Source: Emiliania huxleyi CCMP1516 (taxonomy: Eukaryota). From it: DNA of 64,000 nucleotides. The DNA is taken from assembly GCF_000372725.1 (NCBI RefSeq), contig NW_005202428.1, positions 1,535,331-1,599,330 on the forward strand, read 5' to 3'. Shown piece by piece: positions 1 to 12,300 of the stretch. A program made the translations under genes and the position numbers. The notes below the pieces were generated by a model. It did no database searches. It had not been told where the DNA came from and worked only from the letters and a program-made list of their open reading frames with translations. Each line of letters opens with the position of its first letter. Position 1 is the stretch's first letter.

Positions 1-2
1 AC

Positions 3-845
3 GATGTCATCAAGGCGCTGCTGGATAAGGGCGCCGACGTCAACCAACAGGACAGCAAGGGCCGGGGCGCTCTGCTGTACGCCGTCGTAAAGGGACAAGA
101 GGAACGTGGATGGGGAAACGATAGCACGAAATATGAGGACATCGTCACGAGCCTGTTGTTGCAGGGCCGCGCTGACCCGAACATGCAGGATGAGAAGGGC
201 AACACGCCGCTTATGCACGCTGCCAAGGGCGCCGACGTAAACATGGTGAGGAAACTGCTAAAGCACGGCGCTAAGTATTCCCTCCAGAACTTCCACGGCG
301 ACACTGCAATGCGACTGGCTGCACAATCCCCAATTCACGCGACGCTCGAATCACACGTCGAGGTGGTCAACATGCTGAATGCAGAGTGGGAAACGCATCA
401 CGCCCTGGGCACGCCCCCCCGCAGACCCAATTTCAGCCCCCAAGTGAGGCAGCATCAGTCTTCCGAGGCCGGGCCTTCTGGGCCCAACACGCCGCCTGAG
501 GGAACTCGGGAGAGGCCGAATCCGCCCAGTCCACCGGAGAGCAAGTCGAAGAGGATGAGGACCGGGAAGCCTACGCGACATGACAGCGAGGTGATTTCGC
601 CGCCACAACAAGATGGCAGACCCACGGCATCTCAGATGGAATACGCGCGGGTCGTCCTCGTCGTCGTAGCTACTCGTAGTTTGGGTCCGCGTCCGGGCTG
701 GTCGGCCACCCCCCGACGCGAGCCGCAGCAGGCCCGGAGGTGCCCGCCGAGCCGAGGAGGGCGCAGAGCGAATCGGCAACTGCCGTCATCTCATTGGCCA
801 TGCGCTATCGGTGCGAGGCTCCCCAGGTTTCCTGTGCAGTGTTAA
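3..845 (+). CDS. Ankyrin-repeat protein (5' end outside window)
   Basis: Open frame from position 3: DVIKALLDKGADVNQQDSKGRGALLYAV...LLLQGRADPNMQDEKGNTPLMHAAKGADVNMVRKLLKHGA...GDTAMRLAA, then a low-complexity tail. The true C-terminus may be spliced. Confidence 0.8.
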   Translation, partial: DVIKALLDKGADVNQQDSKGRGALLYAVVKGQEERGWGNDSTKYEDIVTSLLLQGRADPNMQDEKGNTPLMHAAKGADVNMVRKLLKHGAKYSLQNFHGDTAMRLAAQSPIHATLESHVEVVNMLNAEWETHHALGTPPRRPNFSPQVRQHQSSEAGPSGPNTPPEGTRERPNPPSPPESKSKRMRTGKPTRHDSEVISPPQQDGRPTASQMEYARVVLVVVATRSLGPRPGWSATPRREPQQARRCPPSRGGRRANRQLPSSHWPCAIGARLPRFPVQC

Positions 846-941
846 TGTGCGCGATTAACCTATATGTATATGTGTCCCGTATCATGTATAATTAATGCCA
901 ACCCGCCCAAGAAGCAAGATTTTCGGGGCGCCCTCGACACA

Positions 942-2837
942 TCACCTCGACCGTACCGCCGCTCGCCCCCGGATCGACTCGTCGGAGCCAAAGTGCTCGA
1001 GCAGCCCCGGCCAGCGGGGCCGCCCCCAGCCGGTCGCCGGGTCCCACCCCTTGGTTGCGGGGAAGCCCGTCGCGCAGGACGTCTTTGTGTTGCCCGTCGC
1101 GACGTCGTCGAACGCCTCGCCGGGAAAGGCCCGCGCCACCTCGTAGATGCGCGGCCCGAGCGGCCCGAGCGGCGGCAAGCCGGCGTTGAGGCGCGCATCG
1201 ATGAGCAGCGAGAAGATGCCCGCAACGGTGGGGGCCGACTCGCTTGTCCCCTCGACGGCGACGGCGGACATGTCTGGGTAGGCGCCTGGGAGGAAGCGTG
1301 CGGCGCGTGCGATGGGAAGCGGTGGGTGCTTCGAAGAGCTGCGGGACTGGCTGACTGATATCTAGATGGCGCATCTAGGGGCTGGCTGCGGTTGCTCGCA
1401 TTGAACGACGCGGCCGGTGGCAAGCCTACGCAAGCAGAGACACGCGGCACTGACGGGCGTGCTGCACCCGGCATGCCCTCTGCGGCCACAGGTGACAGGC
1501 GCCGCACCCGCCGTGCGTGACAGATAGGCGGCCACGGCCGCCTCCTGGTGCTCGGGCCGCCCAAACTGCCAGCTGAACCCTCCGCCGCTCCCCTCCCACG
1601 CCACCGGGCGGCGAGGATCGCCCGCCTCCCACGCGGTGCCCCCCACGCTCGCCATGTACGGCGAAGGGGAGGGGAAGATGGGGAAGCTGAAGGCGCAGCC
1701 GACCTCGTTGAGCACCGACGGCACACGTCCGGCGCCGCGGAACGGGCCAAACGACCAGTGCGAGCCGCCGTCGCCGCTCGAGCCGAGGACGGAGACACCG
1801 CGCAGTCCGAGAGCCATCAGGCCGTGATTGATGCGTGCCACCTGCGCCTCCGACTTGAACATGCAAACCTGCCTCTGCGACTGCAGGAACGCCTCGCACT
1901 CCCCCCGCGACACCTTTCGTGTCTTGGCCGCCTCGGCGCAGAGCAGGTCGCAGGAGTAGGCCGAGAGGCTGCCCAGCGAGAGAGAGAGCACGTGCGGCAC
2001 GACGGCACGATTGGCGAGGCCCGTCACAAAGTCGAGGAGGGCGAGTCCGAACCCGTCGCCCTCCTCGGTCGTGAGGGAGGCGTTGGTGTTGCTCACCAGC
2101 GTGGAGACGTTCATCCCAAACGCGCTGATCATGTGCGTGTCGAGGTTGCCCTCCATGAAGTTGTCGCCGCCGAAGCGGCCGTGGTGATCCGTGTCGAAGC
2201 GCACCTTTGACGGGTTGATGCCTGGGCACTGGGTCGCGCGGAAGGCCTGCAGGCCGAGGGGCGAGTAGCCAAAGGTGCCGGGCCCCCACACCATCTGCAG
2301 CGTGGCTGGGTTGGTCGCCTGTTCACGGCGAAACAAGTCGATGAAGGCTGCCTCAGCAGGGAGGAGTTACCCCGAGGATGCTGTCAAAGGCACCGCGAGG
2401 CTGGCGGGGATCTGGTACGCCGCCTTTTGCTCTCCGACACCGTACCCTGATGACCGACGCCGGGCGCGAGGCGACGGATCGCCGCCCGAAGTTTCAGCGC
2501 CGGCGTCGCTGCGAGTCACAAGGTGCACTCCCGCAGGCGGACGGAGTGGCAGGCCACGCGAAGAGAAGCAGCCGGCAGGCGCGGAGAAGAATTTGGCGGT
2601 GAGCCGGTCGCGCATCGGGCTGAGGCGGATTTGGGTGCCGTTGAGGCTCGACAGCCACTGGGTCGCCGCGTCAACACTGGAGGGAGCTGCGCCAAAGAGG
2701 TGCGCAAGCGCCTCGGCCGACTTGTAGAAGTCGAGGTAGCGTGGCGAGCCAGGCGTCGAAACGCTCCAGAAGAGGGAGTCCAGCTCGTGCGGCGGCGTTG
2801 CGCTGCGTAGGTGGACGGTGAGGTCAAAGGAGGCCAT
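942..2837 (-). CDS. S53 family (sedolisin / tripeptidyl-peptidase I-like) serine peptidase with prodomain, multi-exon
   Basis: Prodomain LFWSVSTPGSPRYLDF; catalytic Glu/Asp in EGNLD; oxyanion SSGDGG; PSPSPYMASVGGT; GSGGGFS; catalytic Ser in EGTSESAP; C-terminal FDDVATGN...GWDPATGWGRP. Spread over ORFs 2367-2921, 1362-2336 and 942-1271. Confidence 0.9.
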
Positions 2838-3082
2838 TCTGGACAGCGCCCTCGCCGAGAAGGAGAGGGGATTTGCGCTGCCCCGGGTGTGCCGCGCCGT
2901 GCTGTGGCGAGTACAGTCCACGCCTGCTACACTGGGGTGCGAGTGAATGCGCGGTTGTAAGAGCTCCCTGACATTTACCCATACGGTGTGAATAGATCGG
3001 GGAAGACTGGGGTAGACCGCAGGGGCCAGATCTATCGCGACCTACTCAGATCTATAGCGATATTGCGCGGTATTGCAAGGTG

Positions 3083-3322
3083 GTAGACTGCGGTAGACTG
3101 TGGTAGACTGCTGAAGACTGCTGAAGACTGGACAGGCTCTTCACATGGCCGGTCTACCGCAATCTACTCCAATATAGTCCTCACAGCCTCTTGGCCATAC
3201 TGGAGTTGACTGCGCAAAATCGGGATAGATTGGCGAAAACTCGGGAATATTGCTGGAGGCTGCTGTAGACTGCGGTAGACTGCAGTAGACTGCAGTAGAC
3301 TGCAGTAGACTGCAGTAGACTG
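3083..3322 (+). repeat. Subterminal 10-bp tandem arrays (TAGACTGCAG-like), left end of the Harbinger-like element
   Basis: Degenerate copies at about 3083-3130 and near-perfect copies at 3265-3322. Confidence 0.85.
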
Positions 3323-5483
3323 GAGAACCGCTCGTGCGTCAGAGAGCTCGCGCGAGCCCCACGGCATTCGCGCGCCGCTGGGGGAACCGCCCGGGCGCCC
3401 CCGGCAGCACTGCTGCCGCCGGACAAGTCGGAGGCCACACAGAGGCTGCAGCTCCCATCCCGCCTCTCCCCGCTCCCTCTCCCATGCGCGCTCTGACGTG
3501 CAAATGGACGAGGTGCCTGTCAATATCTCCTCTCACCATGTGACAGGAGTGGGCGCCGGCAGGAGGCGGAGGGTCGCACGATCTGTCCCAGGAGGGTGGC
3601 GGCGCCATGAGGATCACGTACGCTGGGAGGTGCACATGCAGCGCTCGTGCGCTGGCCGCTCTGCTTGCTGCTGCATCAGTGACGGCACGAGAGGTGAGTC
3701 CGACGGACGCAGCACCGTGTAGCGCCTACCATGCATCACCATAAATCCATCCATCACGCTGCGCGCAAGGAAATGCGTGCATGCAAGAGTTCCTGCAGCG
3801 AGCAGCTCCGGCGGCGGACGACGATTCGAGAGCCGGGATCTCGAATCGAGCGCCTGATCTCCCGGTCAGCCAGCGCGATCTGGGCCGTGGCGGCCGAGAC
3901 GGTCTTGCGGTTGATCACTGTTCGTGTATGTCCACGTGCGCAAAGCAGGAAGAGAGCGGGCGTGTCTTTGCCCTCGCGCGGGCCGGGTATTCCTAGCAAA
4001 AGATTTTCAAAACAACTTTTTCGAGAAAGAATTTAAACAAAACAACTCTCTTCACAGCAGACAGGCTCGACACAGGTGCGAACTGGCGCGTGCTAGTACT
4101 ATCACCGGCACACCACCGGAGCCGCCTAAGCGACTCCGTTGAGAACGAGAAAGAATTACCATCTGCTTGCAGCCCCCCCCCCCCCCCTCTCACCACCCAC
4201 AACCCACCGCCCACTCCACCGCAGCCGCCGCCACAGGCGCACGAGCGAAAGCGCCTGCGGCAAGAGCCCTGAGCTCACAGTGGAACCACGGCCCATACGA
4301 GCGAAAGCGCTGGAACTGCCGCAGCGTCAGAAGAGCCCCACAATAGCTCTCCTCGCCGAGCACGTGTCTCCACTTCAAGTAGAGAGCCTCCGAGCCATGC
4401 CGACACGTGGCAAATTTGAGGGTGAAGATGCCGCGCCTGTAGTTGACGATCATTCCAGGGAGGTGCTCCGTGGACGCGGCCCACTCGCCGCCCCACACCG
4501 AAAACGGCACATTGATCACCAACCCCATCATTACTTTGGCGCCGGCCGTGGTGCGGCAGACTGGTGATGCAAGGAGGGATGGCTCTGAGAGCTTTGCGTC
4601 GCTGCCCTGCAACGTCGGGAGAGGAGGGGTGACGCTCGGCTCCGTCGCTGACCAGCCCGGCTGGCGGTCTCGGCGGGCGGCGCCGGCGGCGGCGCGCTTC
4701 TTCGAGATGTTGCTCTTGAAGCCCATACGTCAGTCCAGCCGAGCGAACGAACGGGACGCGCGTTGAAAGAGTTTTTGCCCGCGAGATTTTTTCCCTTCTT
4801 TTCTGCCCGCCGTCAAATCTGTGTATGAGCGTCGCCGAGCTCGAGCGAGCGTTCGCCCGTCGAGGTGTGGTGACAGAGTGGCACCGCGGGCAGACAAACG
4901 TCTTCTTTCCTGGAGAGACCAGATTTACTAAGTGCACGGTCCTCTGCCGCGTGGGCGGCCGTGGGAGGGTATGCGTTGTGCCCGAGTTTGAGGATGCCCT
5001 CGCCGGAGAGCTCAAGGACGCGGGCATGCAGCATGAGTTCACGCAAGCCGCCGCCTTCAAAATACGGCAGAGGCGCGTGCTACTAACGGATGCCGTGCCG
5101 GATGACATTGCCGCGCGCGTCTGCCAGGCTGCATGGACATCGCGGGCTGCATCCCCGTAGCCGACGCATTTTCCGCTGAGACCTACTCTCAGGCGGAGCG
5201 GGGGCGCATCGTCGGGAATACTCGACGTAGATCTCTTGTCAACCGTATACCAGGGCTTTCTGCTAACCCGCTAGGTGCCCCAGCCAGCCCGCCGCCGCCG
5301 TTTTGCATAGCTGAACGTGCGGAGCCTGCGACCGCCGGCGAGCAGTGGTTCAGCCTCTGAACGAATTCGTGCAGCCGGTGCAGCCTGCTGTGGACTTTGG
5401 ATGGTTCTCGTCGCCCCCAGACACCCTCTGAGCTACGCACATCTCTGCCACACACACGGCCATCAGTAACGAGAAATCGGCGG

Positions 5484-5720
5484 ATAGACTGCAGTAGACT
5501 GCAGTAGACTGCGGTAGACTGCAGTAGACTGCAGTAGACTGCAGTAGACTGCTGTAGACTGCTGTAGACTGCTGTGGATTGCGGAATACCCCTGTAGACT
5601 GCTGAATACCTCTATTTCTTCTGATTGCCAGATATACTCCCATCTACCCCAATTTTGCGCGGTTTACGCCTGCGGCGGCAACACCATAGATTGGAATAGA
5701 CTGCAGTAGACTGCAGTAGA
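5484..5720 (+). repeat. Subterminal 10-bp tandem arrays (TAGACTGCAG-like), right end of the Harbinger-like element
   Basis: About nine tandem copies at 5484-5575, more at 5593-5603 and 5697-5720; same orientation as the left arrays. Confidence 0.85.
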
Positions 5721-6192
5721 TCGCGAACGACTGCAGCTCCCCGTTCTATCGCGATCCGCGGGGATCGAGCGCGGTCCCGCGCGATTGACGAGGTGGGTAG
5801 ATCGAGCAAGACCGCGGTAGATCCCAGCTTTTCACACCAAAGGTGAATGTCAGGGAGCTCTAAGGGCCTGAAAAGGGGAGCTCCCTCTCTGCCCACCCTG
5901 AGAACCTCTGCCCAAGCTGATGGTGCCCAGCCCAGAGGGCCTCAGGGGCTGTAGAGTCACACCTAGGAGAGGGGTAGCTCACACCTTGTGGGCCGCACTG
6001 CCCCTTCTCCCACGTGCCCTTGCCCGCCCCTCTGACCGCCGCCCGAGAGGCCCAACTTTGAGGGGCTGGTGAGAGCCCCCACCGTTGCGCCCTCACCTCA
6101 CGCTGACATATCCTTTGGGAATGCCCATGGGCTTTAGGGACCTGGGGGCAGCTTTGCCCGCGGGTGCCATGCTAGGCTATGGTAGCCATTAA

Positions 6193-7537
6193 CCCCTAAA
6201 CGGCGTTCCTTTACATATGTAAAGGAACTCATTGTTATTTTATTCCTTTGCAGGACGGCTGGTCGGAGCGACGGCCGTTCCAGCAGTCGTCTCTGCGACA
6301 TGGTAGTGGCCCCGGGTCATGTGCAGCTGGTCCCGAGCGGCTCAGGTCCCAGATCGAATCTCGGACCCACAGATTCTAGATTCCTTTAGATTCCCTGGAT
6401 TCCCGCAACAACGATCTCTTAGCGGCGGCAAACAGAGGCGCAACTCTGCCAGCAGCGAGGAGGCTCCTGCTGCTCAGCTACCGAGGCCTGGTGGCGTCGG
6501 CTGCTGCGTGGAGAAGACAGCAGCACTGTCCGACCTCAAAACATGCACAACAAGCGGGATTTGTGACTCTGTCTTCGATTCTTCAGTCGCTCTGCCGGAC
6601 GCGCTCGCTTTGTCGCGAGGGTCACCTGTGCAAGCCGTGTGGACGCCCAGAATAGCCTCCCCTGGCTTAGCTAGACTGAGAGATATTGTGCACATGGTCA
6701 GCCTCTACAATATATACGCTGACACTTTACCTCCCAGAGCTCGTCTCGGTCCGCCACGGCCATCCTCAGCCTCCGGAGGGCCCCTGGCCGCGGCGCGGTG
6801 CGGCGGCGTCACAAATCCGACGTCAGTTCACCGGGACGCGATCGGGCGATCTGAAGTCCAACTAGGCGTATGGATTGCCCGCCCAGGGCTATCACCTGGA
6901 CCCCTCAATGGACGCCTGCGGTGCCGCCCCCACGAGGTGTTGTTCACACCTGTCCAACCATTCGTGCAGCAGGGACGCGCTGTGTGTGGCTGGCAGCAAA
7001 CTCAAATGACGACGGGTTGCAGCCTCGTAGCTCAACGGCAACATTGTGCATGAGGAAGGCTGATAGAAGTAGCACCAGCCACACAACCAACAGCTTCTGG
7101 AGAGTATGCGGAGCGCAAGCAGCCGGTGATCAAAGGCGTGTGTTGCTGTCGGTGGCAGATTGCCACAGGGACGCCGGCGCTTCGGTGCGTGGCTTCGTCA
7201 CAATTTTCCACCGCTCAACTTGGAGGCAGTGTGTCTAGTAGCGTGCTACACCTATGACGGCGGACCTCACTGGGGCGCCGACGTGCGACGACCGTCTGGG
7301 ATCGAAAGACGAAACCGCGTCCTCCAGGAGCTCGTGCAGTCTGCAGAGCGCGCTCCGGAGCTCTGTGGCGGAAAATTTAAAGGGAACGTGGTGGCTTCCC
7401 ACCGCCTCTGTATGTGCCCAATAAAGTGCTAACACGACCCTCGGGCAGCAGGGGGTATGTGGCGAGCGCACGGAGGCACAGTTAGGCCGCCGTGATATCG
7501 CCCTTCCGGGCACCCCGTTTCGGTAGCCGTTTAGGGG
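6193..7537. mobile_element. Non-autonomous piggyBac-like element (1.35 kb)
   Basis: TTAA (6189-6192) + CCCCTAAACGGC ... GCCGTTTAGGGG + TTAA (7538-7541): a 12-bp TIR starting CCC with a TTAA target duplication. No intact transposase ORF. Confidence 0.8.
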
Positions 7538-7974
7538 TTAATTATCCCATATTCTCCGGAGAGGCCGGAAAAGTGGCCAAGGCGGCCTCCGCTCAAGGAT
7601 CGTTGGGATTTTCTGGTGACTCAGGAAGGAGGGGTCTGCGCCAAATAAAAATCGGTTCCGTGCTGTCCGCCCCCGGATACGCCTGGCACAATTTATTAGA
7701 AGTCGGGGCTTCATCTTCCGCTCGAGAGAAAAATCCCTCTTGTCTCTCAGCCCACTTGCCCATAGCCGCCGAGACGGCGCGCTCTGCTGACTCTCATCTA
7801 GCACCCTCTTGGGGCCTCTCCTGACCGCTGTGGGCCTCTCCAGACCTCCTCTTGCCTATGGGAGTACCCCTCTCGGTCTACTTCCTAGGACACAGGCACA
7901 GGTTTGCATAATGCGAGCTTTTTCTCAAGGGCTATAGCGCAGAGAATAAATGCGCATTAACTCGCACCGGGGTG

Positions 7975-8052
7975 TATTCACGTAAACGCACAACCCCGGG
8001 CCCGAAATCGCCTGCTATTCACATAAACGCACAACACCGGGCCCGAAATCGC
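7975..8052 (+). repeat. 37-bp direct repeat, 41-bp period
   Basis: TATTCACGTAAACGCACAACCCCGGGCCCGAAATCGC (7975-8011) and TATTCACATAAACGCACAACACCGGGCCCGAAATCGC (8016-8052). Confidence 0.8.
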
Positions 8053-8854
8053 ACAGAGTCACGCAACACGGGATCCCAGGGAAGGCGAGCAAAAACCTGA
8101 TCGCGCGCGCTAGACGCCGACTCGGAGGCCGCACCGGTCAGCTTGTAGCTCGACGGCTCTTCGACGGCTCTTTCTGGTTAGATCAGACAGTGCTATCAGT
8201 CAGCAACGAACGCAATGCCGAGAGCAGGCAGCAGGGCGGCCTTCGAGGAGGGTCAACTAAGCTCCTGCTGCATATCGAGCATGGAAGGCGGCCATTGCTC
8301 AAACCTGTTCGAGTTGGCCTCTGGGAACAAGGGTGCGTGGCCGGCGCGGTCTGTTTCACGTGCAATAAGGGCAACGCCATCAAAATTGCGAACATGGCTC
8401 ATGGCGGGCCGACATGCCTCCGACATTTCTCAGGGCTCGGACGGAAGCTCTGCAGACAGCCAGACCGCTCTGCGCGGTCGGACCGACTTTTTCAGACTTT
8501 ACTATTCTGGATACTGAGGGTATGTGCTGCTAGATCTCACTGAGCTGAGCTCGTATCTGCCTTTTGGTAAAAGCAGTTTTGAGTTCGGTAATGTCTCCGG
8601 AGACGGAGGGCCGCGTCCGCGGACGGCCATGACTCGGCCGGGACCGCCCCGTGGGGGCCTTCGATGGCTGTCAGCGCTCCTCCGGGCTTTGCATCACACT
8701 CCCATTCACGCACGTGTATAGCTGAAGCAAGTGCTCGTAAAAACGGCGCGTCAAATGCAGCATCCAGGCGTCTAAAGAAGACGACATGAATCGTCACAGA
8801 GAATGTTGGGTGTGTTCAGACCTTTGCGCGGGGGGTGTGAACAGCCATTCCGCG

Positions 8855-9103
8855 TGGTTGAGGGGTTGAAGGGGTCTGTCAACCACTTGGTTGAGGGTTG
8901 AGGCCTCTGTCAACCACGTGGTTGACAGTTGAGGCAATCGGCCTCAACCACCGCTATGAGTAGACGCGTATAAACAAGGGAGGCTGACCAGGCTGTGTAC
9001 ATCTTTTGTTCTTTTCCCGGACCCCTTTGGTATGTCTACTTGGGTTTGTCGAAGGAAGAGAACGGCTGGTTGACAGTTGAGGCAATCGGCCTCAACCACC
9101 GCT
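8855..9103. repeat. Palindrome-rich repeat cluster with a perfect 37-bp direct repeat
   Basis: TGGTTGACAGTTGAGGCAATCGGCCTCAACCACCGCT at 8919-8955 and 9067-9103; perfect palindrome CTGTCAACCACGTGGTTGACAG at 8907-8928; multiple GGTTGA/TCAACC units. Confidence 0.8.
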
Positions 9104-9390
9104 GGCCTCAAATTTTTGGGGGCGCGCCGCCAGGCGCGTCCCCACCCACTTTTGTATCACAGCTGCGAGGGCCAACCAAAGCTAACCAAGGGATTCGGAG
9201 CGGTCAAAAAGGGACCGAGCGGTCGAATAGGTACCTTCGACGGCGAACTCGGGACCCATGACCCTTTTGGGAAAATGCTCTCCACAGGACTTGAGTTGTA
9301 AAAGGTGGCAAAGGCGCCCACGCGCGTCTAGACGTTTTTCTTCTTCTCTGGCAGCGCCCCCGCTGGCTGGTGACCGGCAGTTGCCGACTC

Positions 9391-12300
9391 ATGAGCCATC
9401 AGCCAGAGCTGGCCATCGAGGACATCGACGTCGACGACGGGGCGGTGGTCTCCGTCGTCGAGGACATCGACCTCGACGACCCGCCAAGCCTGCCGCCGCA
9501 GCCTCAGCCTCCCGCGCCCGCGCCCGCCGCGCCCGCACCCACCGGCGGCCTGGTCGGCCGCGCTGTTCTTCTGAATGGCCTCGTCGCTCGGGCCGACCTG
9601 AACGGCGCCACGGGCTTTGTCCTCTCCTACGACACTGCACGCGGCCGCTACGTCATTCGCGTCGTGAGCTCGGGAGAGCTCGTCAACGTGCGGCCGTCCA
9701 ACGTGTCCCTGCTGGTCGCGCCCAGCGGTGACCTCACGGAGTACGACCCGCGCAAGGCGCCTCGGCGCGCGCAGACGGCGTGGAACTACTACACCTCCAA
9801 GGCGCGCCGCGTGCTCAAGCGCGAACGCCCGCAGGCGGCCGAGGAGGAGCTGCAGGCTCTGCTCAAGGCTTCGTGGGAGCAGCTGCCCGCCGCCGAGAGG
9901 AGCGTGTACGAGGGCAAGGCGGCGGCGGACCGCGAGAGGCACGCGTCGCAGCTGGCCCTACACGCGTCGCACCGCAGCGCCAGCGACCTCACGTTTGGCG
10001 GCCAGCTGCCGCCGCTGCCCGCCGCCGCGCCGTCGCCGCTGGGCGACCTCACCTTCGGCGGCCAGCTGCCTCCGCTGCCCGCCGCTGCTCCGCCGCTCGC
10101 CGCCGGGGCGGTGCATCTGCAGATGCAGGTCGCGCAGCAGCTGGCCGCCGGGAGGGCGTGCATCTCTCAGCTGCACGGCGCCGGCTTCGCCACCCCCGCA
10201 CTCGCCTCGCTCCCGGGACCCAGCGCCGCCTCCTGCGCCGCCCCGGTGGGCAGCCAGCAGCTTCGAGACCTGATGGGCGGCGCGCCGTGCGGGGGCGGGC
10301 AGCAGCTGAGGGACGTGATGGGCGCGGGCGGCGCCTCCCTGCCGCCGCCGCCCGCCCTCCCGCCCCTGCTCGTCAACGGCTTCGTCGGCGGCGGGTGGGG
10401 AGGCGCCGCCACCGCCGCCGCGCCGCCGACGCTGCCGCCGCCGCCGCCGCTGAGCAAGCAGGAGGCGGCGCAGCTGCGCGCGAGGGAGAGGGAGGCGAGG
10501 GAGATGGCGGCGCGCGCGACCAAGTTGGCGGTGCAGCAGCAGCGGCAGCAGGCCAAGGAGGCGGAGCGGCTGCTGCGCGAGCAGGCAGCACTGGAGGGCG
10601 AGGGAGCGAGCGGAGGAGCAGCGCCGCCCAGTGACGGGAGTGTGGGCTCTGGGAGCTAGGCGAAGGCGGCAGAGCGGCTCGCGCGGGACGAGGCGAAGCG
10701 GCAGCTCAAGGAGGAGGTGCGTCGGGCGCCCCGCGCACTCGACCCTCTCAGCTGACCCCCCCCTCCCCCTCCAAACTCACACCCTGCCTCCAACTCGCAC
10801 CCCTCCCTCCCAACTCAAGCACACGCCGCAGCGCTCGCGTCTCCGCTGCCGCCCACCTCTGCCCCCCCCCCCCCCGCCAAGCCCGCACGAGAGGCCCCTC
10901 CTCCCCAGCCCGTCCCAACGTGCCCCGCATTCGGCCGCACGCTTGCGGCCCTCAGACCCGTCTCGGAGCCGCCCCCCCCCCCTCCCTGCCCCCTCCGGCG
11001 CCAGGCGCGGAGGCTCAAGGAGGCGGAGAGGCGGCTGAGGGAGGAGGCGAAGGCGGAGGAGCGCGACGCGAGGGAGGTGACGCGCTGCCTGCTCGACCTG
11101 CTCCGCGTGGTGGAGGCGGGCGCCGCGCGAGAGGCGCCGCTCTCCCTTCCGCACTGGGCCTCGCACTCTGAATCTCGCACTCTGAATGCCGTGCGGCTCT
11201 GGACGGGGAGTCGCGAGGGACTAGCCTGGCCCCTGCCCCACCACCTCGTGTGAGTGGAGAGGTTTCCCTTGCCTCACCTGACCTCAGGCGCGCCTCGTCG
11301 CGGCGGAGACGGTGCGGCTGCAGGCGAGGGCCGACAAGGCGCGGCGGGCTGCGGAGCGCACGGCGGAGCGCGAGGCGCGCGCCGGCGGCGAGGCGGCGGC
11401 GAGGTGACACGTCCACGACACGTCCACGACACGTCCACGACACGCCCGTAGGCGCGCGACGCCGACGAGGCGCGCCGGCTGGAGGAGGCGCGGCGGCGCC
11501 GGAGGGAGAGGGCACCGCTCGTGTATGCCTCCCTCTCGCTGTGCGGCGGCGGCGGCGGGGGTGCGCGGGTGCGGCTTCGGCTCTCGCGGCCGGCGGCGGC
11601 GGACGCGCTGCCGGAGGGGCCTCTGCCCGTTGGTACGGTGGCGTGGCGGCTCTTCGGGGAGTACGACTTCGCCTCCAAGGACGAGAGGTGTGTGTGTGTG
11701 GTTCTCGAGCCCAGATGCGGAGCACACGAGGAACCCCCCCAGCCCGCACTTGGGGATGCCTCGCTAGGTTCTCGAGCCGCCACCGGTGGGCGCTGATGCT
11801 GCGCGCGGCCGAGGTCCACCTGCAGGCAGAGGTTGGCGACCGCTTCGTCGTGCGCTCGTCGTGCGGCTGCGGCGGCTGGGCGAGGGTGCCTTGGCTGGTG
11901 GTGAGCGACCCGGGCGAGTCGACGCAGCACGGCCTGTACTTGCAGTACCTCTTCGCGGCCGACATGTCTGCCGTCTACCTCTCGCTCGGCCAGGGGACCA
12001 CCCGGCTGCGCACCGCTTTCGGGGGCAAGGCGAGGCCGGAAGAGAGAGGGGGGGGAGGGGGGAGGGAGGGGGAGCGCAGCGCCCGCCAGGGAAGCCGCCG
12101 CCCACGTCTGGGAGTCCCACCCGGACTCTTGGACAAGTCCCGGACATGTCGCGGACATGTCCTCGAAGGTGGCGGCCGAGCACTTGCAGCGCATCGGTGC
12201 GGACGTGCGCGAGCGGTGCCGCGCGCTGCTGCCGCCCGGCGCCGGCTTTGAGCTCGACGAGCCCATCGATTTGTGCGACAAGGTGGCTTCGGCGCAATCT

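Larger units (their letters stand above)
2961..5860. mobile_element. Non-autonomous PIF/Harbinger-like DNA transposon (2.9 kb)
   Basis: 15-bp perfect terminal inverted repeat GAGCTCCCTGACATT (2961-2975 / 5846-5860), extending imperfectly to about 30 bp. TAA target-site duplication at 2958-2960 and 5861-5863. Subterminal (TAGACTGCAG)n arrays at both ends. No transposase motif seen. Confidence 0.8.

Noticed and set aside
3164..3523. ORFs with LQSTAVYCS repeats (also 5350-5643)
   Set aside because: These are translations of the 10-bp TAGACTGCAG satellite, not proteins.
8919..9103. CRISPR-like repeat-spacer-repeat
   Set aside because: Only two repeats, a 111-bp spacer, no cas genes, and a eukaryotic context.
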